From NCBI GenBank assembly GCA_004764695.1, contig SMSO01000032.1, forward strand, positions 6,108,483 to 6,172,482: DNA of 64,000 bases. The letters run 5' to 3'. Positions 11,784 to 22,592 of this stretch are shown one piece after another. The stretch is from Schizochytrium sp. TIO01. Taxonomy: Eukaryota > Protista > Bigyra: Labyrinthulomycetes. Positions within the stretch are counted from its first letter, which is position 1. Every line of letters starts with the position of its first letter. The position numbers and the translations under genes were made by a program. Below the pieces are notes generated by a model, which did no database searches, was not told where the DNA came from, and was given only the letters and a program-made list of their open reading frames with translations.

Positions 11784-11972
11784 AAGTTCCTAGTACCGCT
11801 TATTAGTCCCACTACTAGAACTACCTTTTAAGTTCTCTTTTTCTTTTTGTATTTTAAAACAAATTAATTAAATTATGTAAGTTCCCAATACCGCTCATTA
11901 GTCCCACTACTAGAACACCTTTTAAGTTTTTTTTTTTAACAAATTAATTAACTTATAAAAGTTGCGAATACC
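11784..11972 (+). repeat. Tandem duplication of an ~80-95 bp unit (2 copies plus a partial third)
   Basis: aagttcc.a.taccgct.attagtcccactactagaac(t)accttttaagtt...aacaaattaattaa occurs at ~11784 and ~11879. A partial aagttgcgaatacc occurs at ~11959. Confidence 0.85.
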
Positions 11973-12444
11973 ATGGTGCGTAGGAACTGAAGAATTTCTC
12001 TTTTCAAAAATTAATTCACCTTAGAGTTTGTAAGTAATTGTAATCTTGAATTGACGACAAAAACTCTTAGTTCACTAAATTCAATTTGCAGTTTCATTTT
12101 AAATAATTAAAACACAACAATTCTGTGTTGCAATAGATTTCGGGAGCAGGGCTAGAGTTAGGGGTACACAGGGTACTAGCGGCGTAATTTCTTTTCCTCC
12201 TCTATGGCCTATAAATTAAAAGACGTGTACTTTATCTATCTGCCTGCTCCAAGTGATTTCACCTTTGATTCTCCCTTTCTTGGTCCCTTGTTTTCAAGTG
12301 TCTATGTTCGTTCTCCTGTTTAGTCTTTCTTTCTTTCTTTCTTTCTTTCTTTTCTTTTTTCAAAGTTCTTTCTTGAGTTTATTTGAATTTGAAAGCGAGC
12401 ATACACAGTATTCAAACCGGCGCCTCTTCGCCGCCGCACGCGCC

Positions 12445-12477
12445 CGGTCGGTCGGTCGGTCGGTCGGTCGATCGGTC
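12445..12477 (+). repeat. (CGGT)n microsatellite in a GC-rich promoter-like island
   Basis: cggtcggtcggtcggtcggtcggtcgatcggtc. Confidence 0.9.
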
Positions 12478-13057
12478 CTTGGCGCCAGGAAGGAAGTCGC
12501 GCAGACCGCAAGGCGCTCCTTCCCTCGGTGCCGCTCCGCTCCCGCGTTCGCAGCTCCGCGGCCGCCGCTGCAGGAGCGGGAAGAGGCCGCAGGCGAAAAT
12601 CGGCATTTCAATTGGTGTATTTGAGCCCTGTCACTGAGTGAATTCGCGAGGCCGTTTGGAGTGACTTGCGCAGCGCAAGGCCCTGGCGAGGAGCCAAGGA
12701 CTCTCAAGGTACTATCGAAGGACGAGGGAGAGCTGAGGAGAGGACGGTCTGCCCCCTCCATAAACCTCCTGAGGAACGGCACAGTTGACAGTGAAGAGGT
12801 AGCGAACCGCCTTGTTGTCCCTCTTTATATTTCTCGTTTTCTTCCTTTCTTTCTTTCTCTCTTCTCGTTGCTGTTTTCCGCATCAAGATCGCGCCACTTT
12901 GCTTTCCTCAGGTTAAACCTCTCCGCTCTACTCTTCGGTCTGCCGGACCTGTACGCCGTTGGTTGGGGTTCCTGGTCTCTTGCTCTCGTGCACAGCGCAA
13001 CGCTTTGCGCTCCGTAACGAAGGAGGATCTGGGACATACATACATCCACCCGCTCAG

Positions 13058-13171
13058 GTACATACATACGTATATATATATATTTGCTTTGCCTTGCTTT
13101 GCTTTGCTTTGCTTTGCTTTGCTTTGCTTTGCTTTGCTTAGCCTCGGTAAACTCTGCTCTTACTTTTATAG
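13058..13171 (+). other. Probable 5'-UTR intron of the MAP3K gene, containing a (TTTGC)n microsatellite
   Basis: CAG|GTACAT donor at 13058 and CTTTTATAG acceptor at 13171. About 11 TTTGC units at 13083-13138. Confidence 0.55.
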
Positions 13172-13353
13172 ATTGTGAGAACTGATAAACCTGCGGAAGA
13201 CAGAACGCTTGAGGTGACGCTCCTGTACTTTTTATTATCTAACGCACGTGGAGCCAGGTATTTGAGAGGTTTTGCTATAAACCGCATCAACCATCACATA
13301 AAAGGAGGTGCTGTAATCTGCTTTCACACACACAAGATAACTCTGCGAAGACA

Positions 13354-16290
13354 ATGGCCACAACTACGGCAAATCAGTCACAGCCACGGCCACCCTCCGA
13401 GCCACGGAGGAGCTCCGCAAGTGCGCGGATTCGCTCAAGGCGAAGCAGTGCAGAGGTCCTCCCCTGTACCAACCTTGTCGACCTTGAGAATCAGGATTTG
13501 AGCAATACTAACTATTTGATGAACCGCTCAAATAACGGTCACCATTCATCTCATTACCAGCACCATCAGCAGCAGCAGGACGGGCTAAGGTTTTCGTGGT
13601 CCAAAGATGAAGGTAGAAATCAAAGTGACGCTAAATCAGGAGCAGACAAAAGTTTTGTGACCGATGAAAATAATCCTGAATTTTACTCGCCTCGATACAA
13701 TGATCGCGGACCAACATTATTGACCGTGAAAAGCTCATACGGTTCAAGTGATGCCATTTCTCTGCAACTTTCTCCTAAGTCATCTATCGAAACACCTGTT
13801 GGTAGTGTTCCTAACAAGGCTCACCTTCGAATGAATTTGCGAACGAATTCTTCAAGCGAACTTTCCGCTTGTTCAGCAAAGGTGGATGCTTCTGAAGACT
13901 ACATCGCAGATACTCCGGCGCATAACGATGATAACGATAATGACGACGATTGCTCTGAGAGGTCCGAAGACGTGGTGGAAGCTTCTCCTCAGCCCATTTC
14001 CTCACAACGCATAGGTCGACTTAACTCCATGCATCCCGTTAGAATGTTGCGGCAAACTTCTGCACCAGATTGCATGAACCAAGGCCACATGGAACTGTCT
14101 CTAGATAGCCAAGGAGCCATCTCTCCACGATATCCTCAACCACCTGGTATGCCATTTGATCCAGTAAGCCTGAGATCCACTTTTGTCACATCTCCATCTC
14201 CAAGGAGCGGCGCTATACAGCGATCTCGTGTTTCTTCACAAAATTCCGTAAATCCGCGCTCAGACATGATGATTCGCCAACGAACCCGATCCGGTGCCCT
14301 CCCTCATATGGATCGTACACAGAGCAGCTTGAATAGCGAGTCCTCCTTGGATGGCCTCTCAAGGTCCCCGAATTTCCCTGGTGCATTTAACAACCTTCAG
14401 AGGATACGAAGCGAATCAATTGGTTCTCATGCTGACCAACAACTTCTCCCTACGTATCAGGCGGGGTCAACTGGGGCTTCGATGTCGCCATATTCCCCAT
14501 TATCCAGAAGTCGCCCATCCTCTGGTCGTAGTGTCTCACAAAATCTGCCAGTTTTCTCTAAGGTATCTCCCGAAATGAATTATGAACGCCATCCCGGAAG
14601 CCCAAACCCGTTCTCCAATAATGCCATGCAGCAGCAACAACAGAGCTTTGTGCGCCATCGCCGCAATAACTCTTCATCTAGCGCCTGGCAAAAAGACCGC
14701 CGCGGGAGTATCATGCATAGTCGCAGTCAAACGGTGACCAATCTTCCCCGTCCAAGCAACCTTGACGGGTTGGGTAGCGCCGACTCAAACTTGGGCAACA
14801 GGCAGCTTGGTCGTAGCTCAAGCTTCCGTTGCAACGGGGCAACTCCTTCCTCAGTGAATGGGATTTCAGCTGGATCACCAGATACCATTATGTACTCATC
14901 TCGTGATAGCTCATCCTCGCAGGTATTTCGCAGCTCAACTCGACCTAGATTTCAATACGTGATGCAAAACTCGGACGAAACCGAAGCATCGACCGACTCT
15001 GACTTTGCTTACGACGCAGTGCCTCTAGAATTATCTCCTCGTAATGATGGGGCATCCAGGCGTCCAAGCAGGATTAATAACGACCCATTCGGACCAATGT
15101 CAAGATCACCAATGCGCGATTTTGACGAAGCTCTCCCTGGCGAAAATTTGTATATTAGAGCAGGTCCGAGGTCGCCTCGTGAAGGGGCGGCTCAACAAGA
15201 TGCACCCGTCAGCCCTCGTCGTCCCTTGGAAGTTGCGCCTCCATCTCGGCAACGTTTGCGCAGATTCAACTCATCCAAAGAAATCCAACAAGTGAGTCAG
15301 GGTGCTGTGTCGGAGCAAAAGTACCTCGATGGACCTGACCAAAGTTCAGTAAACTCTGCACGTCCTAAAAGTGTGAGCTTTGCAGAGGCACATGATCCGA
15401 ATGCCACAGCTGCTAGTAGCTCCTCTGCAGCAAACGACGCCCCGGCCGCACCATCAGCAGGTGATGACGGCTCAGATGAAAAAACTTACAAGTTGGGTGC
15501 ACTCCTTGGCTCTGGTACTTTTGGTGAAGTTTTTCGTGCACTTAACTTGGAAACTGGCTGCTACTTTGCTGTAAAAGTCATTTCTAAAATGAAAGACGCA
15601 AGTGAGGAAGAAGCCGCAAAGATTCATAGTGAAATTGCTGTCATGAAGGATCTACATCATCCAAATATTGTGGAGTATTTAGGAAGCCATATCAATGCAA
15701 CAACAGGCGCATTGGAGATCTCTCTTGAACTTGTCACAGGTGGTTCGCTTCAGCAAATGTACAAAGAATTTGGCCCGATTCGTATGAAACCACTGAAGCG
15801 TTATGCCCAAAATATGGTCAACGGCATTTCCTATTTACATTCCAAAGGCATTATCCATCGCGACATTAAGGCAGCGAATGTTTTGGTATCTGCTGAGGGC
15901 GTTGCTATGCTCGCAGATTTTGGTACATCTAAACAACTTGGTAATCTTACCTCTGACACTTTAAACAAATCCTTGGCTCAAGTGCGAGGCAGCGTGCCAT
16001 GGATGAGCCCTGAAGTTGTTTGTCAGCGTGGAGCATCTTCCGCGTCCGACATTTGGTCTTTAGGATGCACAGTTCTTGAATGCTGTCAAGCTTGTGCTCC
16101 TTGGCATGGGATCATCAAGGATCAGGTGGCCGGTCTATGGACCATTGGTAATGCGAAGGAGCACCCTCCATTCCCTACCAATATTGAAAGTGAACTCAAA
16201 TCCTTTTTAGAGAGCTGTCTTATGATTAATCCTGATGATCGCCTCTCAGCAAGTGAATTGCTAGAACACCCATTCTTAAAGAATGAGTGA
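13354..16290 (+). CDS. STE11/MEKK-family MAP kinase kinase kinase with long disordered Ser-rich N-terminus
   Basis: C-terminal kinase domain with GSGTFG, FAVK, HRDIKAAN, DFG and the MAP3K-type GSVPWMSPE; 978-aa ORF. Confidence 0.92.
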   Translation: MATTTANQSQPRPPSEPRRSSASARIRSRRSSAEVLPCTNLVDLENQDLSNTNYLMNRSNNGHHSSHYQHHQQQQDGLRFSWSKDEGRNQSDAKSGADKSFVTDENNPEFYSPRYNDRGPTLLTVKSSYGSSDAISLQLSPKSSIETPVGSVPNKAHLRMNLRTNSSSELSACSAKVDASEDYIADTPAHNDDNDNDDDCSERSEDVVEASPQPISSQRIGRLNSMHPVRMLRQTSAPDCMNQGHMELSLDSQGAISPRYPQPPGMPFDPVSLRSTFVTSPSPRSGAIQRSRVSSQNSVNPRSDMMIRQRTRSGALPHMDRTQSSLNSESSLDGLSRSPNFPGAFNNLQRIRSESIGSHADQQLLPTYQAGSTGASMSPYSPLSRSRPSSGRSVSQNLPVFSKVSPEMNYERHPGSPNPFSNNAMQQQQQSFVRHRRNNSSSSAWQKDRRGSIMHSRSQTVTNLPRPSNLDGLGSADSNLGNRQLGRSSSFRCNGATPSSVNGISAGSPDTIMYSSRDSSSSQVFRSSTRPRFQYVMQNSDETEASTDSDFAYDAVPLELSPRNDGASRRPSRINNDPFGPMSRSPMRDFDEALPGENLYIRAGPRSPREGAAQQDAPVSPRRPLEVAPPSRQRLRRFNSSKEIQQVSQGAVSEQKYLDGPDQSSVNSARPKSVSFAEAHDPNATAASSSSAANDAPAAPSAGDDGSDEKTYKLGALLGSGTFGEVFRALNLETGCYFAVKVISKMKDASEEEAAKIHSEIAVMKDLHHPNIVEYLGSHINATTGALEISLELVTGGSLQQMYKEFGPIRMKPLKRYAQNMVNGISYLHSKGIIHRDIKAANVLVSAEGVAMLADFGTSKQLGNLTSDTLNKSLAQVRGSVPWMSPEVVCQRGASSASDIWSLGCTVLECCQACAPWHGIIKDQVAGLWTIGNAKEHPPFPTNIESELKSFLESCLMINPDDRLSASELLEHPFLKNE

Positions 16291-17322
16291 TATATTGTAC
16301 AATGTAAAACCAGTCTCTCTCCTACTTCTTTTTTTTCCTATTTTTTTTTAACAAACTAAATCCAAAATATGATGAAATATACGTTTATCACACTTGAACA
16401 ATAACTCACTCCTGACTCTTGCACCGTAGCTGAACAGCCCACACGTGTTTTTGGATTACTTCTTATAACTTTTAAGAAAATCACGCGTATGAAGAAGCTT
16501 ATTATAGTATAGATTTCGCTACCACTGGCAGGGGAAAGAGCTAGACGTTGTGAAAGGGCGCTTGCGACACATCACTCGAGCTGTGTTGCTACAGATTCGT
16601 CTTGTTTAAATTTGGTCTTGTTAACTTGTTGACCATCTGAGAGGTTTCGATTTTAGGCGAAATGTTAGCACGTTAGCTTTCACAGAGTCAAGTGCAAGCT
16701 TGCGGTTTGGTAGAAGTACTTTGCTGGCTTGTACAGTAGGCTTGCTGCACTTATATTGTTTGAGCTTAGTGAATCCTTGGACATTCCACTTTCTTACCTA
16801 ACCTCCACTTCTTATAAAAAACCATTTATATGCCATACCATTTGGAGGTTATAGAAGTTCTAACGTTCGCAGAGTCTTCCCAAGTTTGGGTATCCCCGGG
16901 GAGTGTGTACCGTGAGAGAGGGGTCCCCGTCCAGAAGGTCTCTTCCCTTCCCCTTTCTGACTGTGAACCGTAGACGGACAATGTAGATTAAGACTATAGA
17001 GCTAATCATGTTAATACTATTCAGTCTTAGTTATACTCTACAGTACAAAGCTTCGAAAGTCTACTGTAACGATTGAGTGAAACCAGTAATAACTATTTTA
17101 ATTTCCAAGATTTCATTTTGCAAAAGAAAAAAGACTCAGAGGTAAAAAAAATTGCTTAACAAACCAAGAGCAGCAACAGACCCTCTTTCTCTCTCTACGA
17201 GCTCACGAGCTGTACTCGCCAGCTCATACTTTCGTGTGCTTACTGGCATTGGCGTCGCTTGTGCGCCAGCCTTTACTTACATACACCAACCCGCGACCAC
17301 TTGCTCCACTCGTGCTATCAAA

Positions 17323-19608
17323 ATGGCGGACTCTGCTTCTGTCGCTGCTGATGCAGCTCCCGTGACCGCTGATGCAGCTGCCCCGACCCCATCGACGTCC
17401 ACCACCGACAGCGTTGAGGAGCCTGACTTTGTGTGCGGTATTGATCTTGGTACTTTTGCTGCAACTGTTGCAAAGGTGTCCACAAAATCGCTTAAATCTG
17501 AATTGCTGCGCAACGAAATGAGCAACGAGCGAACCCCAATGACCATCACCTTTGCTGAGCGTGCTCGCTCATTCGGTGAGATGGCTGAGCAGCTCAAGGC
17601 GACTAAACGTGACCGCACCTTCACGAGCCTCATGAACCTCGTCGACGCTGCTCATGGTGGTTCTGATCTTGCATTCGGTCCTCTCGTGGGCCGTGTTGAC
17701 GATGATTTCCGGCTCATTGTGAGCAGTTCCGAAGGTGAAGACCGCAAGCTTCGTCCCGAAGAGGTCCTTGGCATGCTTCTCCGTCGCCTTGCTCGCTACC
17801 GTGGTGTCAATGAGCCCGCCCCTGCAGATGGTCACACAGATCCTCATACGCCCACCCATCCTGTAGCAGTCTCAGTGCCTGACAGTTTCTCGTTGGCTCA
17901 TCGTCAAGCTGTTCGAGATGCTGCAAAGATCGGTGGCGTTGATCTTCGTCGCATTGTTAACCACACCGATGCTGCAATTATGGACTATGTCTCTAGGCGT
18001 AGTGCTGAGCAACTCAGCGAGGGCGTGAATGTGATTGTGGACGTGGGACACTCATACGCCTCGGCAGTGGTTTTCAAGTGCGATGGCAAGAAGGTCACCA
18101 AACTCGCCTCCAAGTGCATTGCAAATGCCGGAGGGTCTGTTGTGGATAATGCACTCTTTGATGCACTTAATGAGGACTGTAAAACTCGCAAGGGCCAGGG
18201 TGTTACACGTAACAGTAAGGCCGGAATTCGCCTTATGACACAGGTGCGTAAACTCAAGGAGTCCTTGTCAGCGGCACCGGAGACTCGTATTAGCTGCGAG
18301 GCTCTTGTGAATGATGAGGATGTCAGCTTCACATTCTCACAAAGCCAACTGGAGGAAATTTCGGCACCGCTCAAAACTAAGATTGAGGATATGCTGCGTG
18401 AACTCTTGGATGAGATCGCGGATGAAGAGGACCGCAAGAAGATCACCACTGTTGAGCTCATTGGCGGTGGTATGCGAATGCCGCTCGTCAAGCAGGCCAT
18501 CTCTGACACATTTGGAGAGGGCGTCAATCTTGCCTACACTATGGACTCTATGGCTTCCATTGTAAACGGTACTGCCTTGTGCTGTGCTCAAGACTTTGAG
18601 CCCAAGTCTGCGGGTGTATTGCGCCCTGCCTTTGACAACCTCGCTCGAGGAGTCCCCAGCGAAGAAGAACTTGCTCTCGAAAACGCAGCCGAGCGTGTTG
18701 TGGCTGATACTCTGATGTCCGAGGCAGAACTTGCTGAAGCTATTGCTTTCGAGCACGAACTTCTTCGTCTCGATGCTGCTGAGATAGCATTGCACACTGC
18801 TCGCAACAAGCTCGAGTCCAAGATTTTTGAGACCCGCTCTTTGGCTGATGGTCTCAAGCCTCACGGAGAACTCGTTGACCGTGCTGCCTGTAACACTGTT
18901 CTGGACGATTTTGAAAACTGGCTTTGGGATGCTTCAGAGGACGCCACTGTTGAGAGCTACGAGGCCAAACTGAAGGAACTCGATGAGGCATTGGACCAGC
19001 CTATGGCTGCTTACTGGGCGAAGATCAAGGAGGAGCGTGAGCGTTCAGATCGTGAACTTCAGGAGCAGGAGACACTGGCTGCCGCAGAACTCGCTGCCAG
19101 TGGAGGAAAGGACGATCACGACCAGCGTAAACTCAAGAAACCTGAGCGTATGCGCAAGGTCAAGCTCAACAAGGACGAGGGTACACAACTTTTCAAGGAT
19201 GGAAACATTGATGCTGCAAAGTTGCGTTACATTCGTGCTCTTCAACATACTGAAAAGTTTTTTGATCTTGGGCCAGATGACGAGGAAGAGGTCAAGCAAA
19301 TTAAGCTCTCCCTCCACCTTAACCTCGCACAGTGCTGCATTAAGCTTGAGGACTGGGCAGAGACCATCAAGGAGGCAAACAATGCTCTTGAGCTGGATGC
19401 GAACTCCACAAAGGCTCTTTTCCGTTTAGCCTTTGCTCAAGAAAAGACCAAGGAGTTCACCTCCGCTAAGAAAAACCTGACCCGTGCTATTAAGATTGCA
19501 CCTGAGGCTGAGCAGAAGCCTTTGAATGCTCTTTTGAACCGGGTTAACGTGCAGATCCAGCGTGAAGATGCTAAGCGCGCGATGATGGCGAAGCGCATGT
19601 TTGGCTAA
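17323..19608 (+). CDS. Hsp70/Hsp110-like nucleotide-binding domain plus helical lid fused to a C-terminal cochaperone-type TPR domain
   Basis: NBD motifs GIDLGT, NEMSNERTP, VSVP..F...R.A..DAA.I.G, VDVG and ELIGGGMRMP. Lid-like ARNKLESKIFETR. TPR KDEGTQLFK...LHLNLAQC...KALFRLA with an FKBP/Cyp40-like MAKRMFG tail. The first in-frame ATG is at 17323 (the ORF-track start is TTG). Confidence 0.88.
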   Translation: MADSASVAADAAPVTADAAAPTPSTSTTDSVEEPDFVCGIDLGTFAATVAKVSTKSLKSELLRNEMSNERTPMTITFAERARSFGEMAEQLKATKRDRTFTSLMNLVDAAHGGSDLAFGPLVGRVDDDFRLIVSSSEGEDRKLRPEEVLGMLLRRLARYRGVNEPAPADGHTDPHTPTHPVAVSVPDSFSLAHRQAVRDAAKIGGVDLRRIVNHTDAAIMDYVSRRSAEQLSEGVNVIVDVGHSYASAVVFKCDGKKVTKLASKCIANAGGSVVDNALFDALNEDCKTRKGQGVTRNSKAGIRLMTQVRKLKESLSAAPETRISCEALVNDEDVSFTFSQSQLEEISAPLKTKIEDMLRELLDEIADEEDRKKITTVELIGGGMRMPLVKQAISDTFGEGVNLAYTMDSMASIVNGTALCCAQDFEPKSAGVLRPAFDNLARGVPSEEELALENAAERVVADTLMSEAELAEAIAFEHELLRLDAAEIALHTARNKLESKIFETRSLADGLKPHGELVDRAACNTVLDDFENWLWDASEDATVESYEAKLKELDEALDQPMAAYWAKIKEERERSDRELQEQETLAAAELAASGGKDDHDQRKLKKPERMRKVKLNKDEGTQLFKDGNIDAAKLRYIRALQHTEKFFDLGPDDEEEVKQIKLSLHLNLAQCCIKLEDWAETIKEANNALELDANSTKALFRLAFAQEKTKEFTSAKKNLTRAIKIAPEAEQKPLNALLNRVNVQIQREDAKRAMMAKRMFG

Positions 19609-20319
19609 ATTAGAAAATAGTACATTGGGGGTCATTCGAATGCTCTGAGTCAGACATTAGCTAGTAGTATCTGTTCTGTGACGAGTATTTATGATATCTC
19701 GCTCTCCTTATTGAATCCTCTTTTTTGCACACAAAAAAACACATATATCACACACTCATTATAACCACTTACACTTTAAAATGTGCAACCATGTTGTTTG
19801 CTTTTCGAAACCACCCTTCCTCTTCTTTGTGTCTTGACAATATATAATGAAGGCTTTATGTGCATTGCTCCTATTTTATGTGAAAATGCTCTCGAGTTTG
19901 AATTCTCGAGCATTTCAAACGGACAAACTTCAGTCAAACACCGGATTATAGAAATTCTGAGCAAGTTGTTGTATAATTGACAACTTTTTTTGTTACTTTT
20001 TTTTTTGGTAAAACTTGAATTTCCCAAATTATATGATTTTGTATTACGTTCTTAAAACAGGTAGGTAAGTTTTTAGTGGTTCAGGTGAGAGCAATGGCAA
20101 AGATGCTATGTTTGAACACAAGCTCAGCAAGCCTGGTTATCACTACGATCTTAACATAGTGTGGTACTTGAAAGTAAAGCTGGTAAAACGATCTTGTTCA
20201 TTTTCTTTTTCTTTTTCTTTTTCTTGCAAAGAAAAAGCAATGATAAGAACAAACAATAACACCCCCTTCGGCCCGCACCTGATAATGGCGTAATTATAGA
20301 GGGATTTATTCAAGAAGGT

Positions 20320-22587
20320 TTACTCCTCTAGCCCAAAATCCCGAGCAATCATCTTTTGCGCGATGGCATGGTACCGCGACCGGTTCTCCTTAAATGTATC
20401 GAGCGCAGTAGCTTTTCCTTTGGGTCCAGCCTGGAAAAGGGCGCGATACAGAGGGCGAACAAATTTCATGCGGCCCTGCTCCAGAAGGAAGCGCACCACC
20501 ATCCCAAAGCGGCGTTCATCACGTGTCTTCAAACATAAAAGACACCAACGAAAGAGAACCTCGCTATTGCGCGTTGAGGAAAAATTGTACCACTTGTCAA
20601 CAGCATCAATGAGCTCGGTTGTAATGAGTTCATCATCTGCATCAAGAAGGAGTTGCACGAAAGCAATAAGCTGGTCTGCACTCCACGAAGTCAAATGCTT
20701 GGACGACCAGCTCGGTGGACTACGCTTATCCAGCCAATGGGCCGCAGCTTGAGACACTGCATCAATGAGAGAAGTATCAAGGGGAGGTTCCCAGTCCGGC
20801 ATACCAGGTGCATGAACCCATTTGTCCCAGTCAATAGTGTTTAATGTAGCTTCCGGAAGTTTCTTGTACTTTCCAAAGTATTCAAGAAAGAATGTCTTAA
20901 AATCAGTCCATGAAACCGTGCCATACTGGAATCGTAGGATATAGGCTTTGAGGAAGGCTTCAAAGAGCTCCGGGCCACCCACTAGGTCCTCCAAATACAA
21001 CAAGAATGTTGCACCCTTTTCGTAGGGAACCATCGAAAAGGCATTGTCCGGGTCTTCGTCTTCCAAAGGGACATGCAGACGAGTAAAGTCATGATCTTTG
21101 CCAAAGAGTTCAACAGAATCCTTAAGCCTGTGCCAGCCCGCTTGTTGCTTCAGTGAGGCAATTCCTGATCCATAGATACGCTGAATAATTCTTCGTTCAA
21201 TAAAGACCGTAAAACCCTCATTAAGCCAAAAGTCCTGCCACGTTGCGTTAGTTACAAGATTACCAGACCAACTGTGAGCAATCTCATGAGCGATAATGTT
21301 ACCCAAAGACCGGTCGCCTGCCAGCAAGGTGGGTGTTACGAACGTGAGCGTCGGGTTTTCCATGCCGCCGTAAGGAAATGACGGCGGGAGCATAAGCAGA
21401 TCATAGCGCCCCCACACGTAGGGACCACAAATGCTCTCGGCGGTCTTGAGAAACTTTTCAGTCTCAGCAAACTCGTAGGCACCAAGGTCAACAACTGAAG
21501 GCTCGGCCCATACACGCGTACGGGGACCAATATCGCGGGATTCAAGGTCCCCCACAGCTAATGCTACCAGGTATGCCGGGACAGGAACCTCTTGCTTGAA
21601 AGTATAGGACTTGCGATCCCCGCTTGACGATGTGGGTGCTCCATTGCTGCTCCCATCCGAAGTTGCGATAGCACCCATGAGGGCTACAAGTGGATCTGGA
21701 ACGGTAATCCGTGCGTCATATGTGCATTTAACAGCCGGGGCATCCTGGCAAGGGATCATGGAACGGCAGTGGATGGGCTGGTTCTGCGTGAAGAGATATG
21801 GATGGACACGACCAGCAGTCTGTTCAGGAGGTAACCATTGAACGGCTGAGCAAGCCTCCCCAGGAGCTGTCTCGTAGAGAATCTCTACCTGAACGTCAGT
21901 TCCTGCCTTACGCGGGCTACCCGGGAGGTTGATACGCAAAGCAGTGCCAAAGGCCTTGTGTTTATCACCGAAAGAGTACTCTGCATTTTGAAAGCTACGA
22001 GCGCTGTTGAGAACTCGTACACCAGTTACTGTGAGTGATGAAGTGTCCAGGACAAGCTCTGAGGTGCCGTCGCGGCGGATAGCGGCGTGAACTACGACTG
22101 TTCCCTGGAGAACACGGCGTTGAAAGTCTACATCGAGGTCTAAAGACATATGGGTCACAGCACACGAGTCAAAATTCGCAAACGAGGTGGGTTCACGGAT
22201 GTCTTTTGAGATGGGGACACGAACGGCGCGATGCACTGCTGTCAGGCAGCCTTCATGACTGCAAGATTTTTGCGAACCGGGCATGGTTGAGCCCTGTATT
22301 GAGCATCCTGATCCAGAAGTGCCAGCTCCTGGATCTGAAGGCGATGCCGTGCCACCAGAATTCATACCTGCAGCATCCCCATACCCAATAGAATTACGGT
22401 TTCCATGGGAACTGCCTGAGGAAGAGCTATCAGTGGAATGTTGCTGTGCAAGACGCTGAGATTTAAGGTTTTGCTGGCGACGCTGAATAGCCCAGAGAAC
22501 ACCAAGGGCTGCAGCTGATGTTACCAACACTGCGCCCAAAGTCACTGCCACTGTGGAAGACTTAATAGACATTGAAGACTTCGACAT
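20320..22587 (-). CDS. LTA4H: Leukotriene A4 hydrolase-like M1 zinc aminopeptidase with N-terminal hydrophobic anchor
   Basis: GGMEN, HEIAHSW-x-NEGF zinc motif, VPYEKG and QGRMKF. N-terminal VAVTLGAVLVTSAAALGVLWAI followed by QRRQQ. Confidence 0.93.
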   Translation of the reverse strand: MSKSSMSIKSSTVAVTLGAVLVTSAAALGVLWAIQRRQQNLKSQRLAQQHSTDSSSSGSSHGNRNSIGYGDAAGMNSGGTASPSDPGAGTSGSGCSIQGSTMPGSQKSCSHEGCLTAVHRAVRVPISKDIREPTSFANFDSCAVTHMSLDLDVDFQRRVLQGTVVVHAAIRRDGTSELVLDTSSLTVTGVRVLNSARSFQNAEYSFGDKHKAFGTALRINLPGSPRKAGTDVQVEILYETAPGEACSAVQWLPPEQTAGRVHPYLFTQNQPIHCRSMIPCQDAPAVKCTYDARITVPDPLVALMGAIATSDGSSNGAPTSSSGDRKSYTFKQEVPVPAYLVALAVGDLESRDIGPRTRVWAEPSVVDLGAYEFAETEKFLKTAESICGPYVWGRYDLLMLPPSFPYGGMENPTLTFVTPTLLAGDRSLGNIIAHEIAHSWSGNLVTNATWQDFWLNEGFTVFIERRIIQRIYGSGIASLKQQAGWHRLKDSVELFGKDHDFTRLHVPLEDEDPDNAFSMVPYEKGATFLLYLEDLVGGPELFEAFLKAYILRFQYGTVSWTDFKTFFLEYFGKYKKLPEATLNTIDWDKWVHAPGMPDWEPPLDTSLIDAVSQAAAHWLDKRSPPSWSSKHLTSWSADQLIAFVQLLLDADDELITTELIDAVDKWYNFSSTRNSEVLFRWCLLCLKTRDERRFGMVVRFLLEQGRMKFVRPLYRALFQAGPKGKATALDTFKENRSRYHAIAQKMIARDFGLEE

Positions 22588-22592
22588 GGATT

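Noticed and set aside
10048-13178. Many 60-213 aa ORFs in the ORF track
   Set aside because: They run through microsatellites and GC-rich leaders, mostly use non-ATG starts, and show no domain signatures.
16796-16804. ACCTAACCT as a telomerase template for TTAGG repeats
   Set aside because: A 9-nt match in some phase is expected a few times by chance in 64 kb. It is also largely sequestered in a 9-bp stem, and the host telomere repeat is not visible here.
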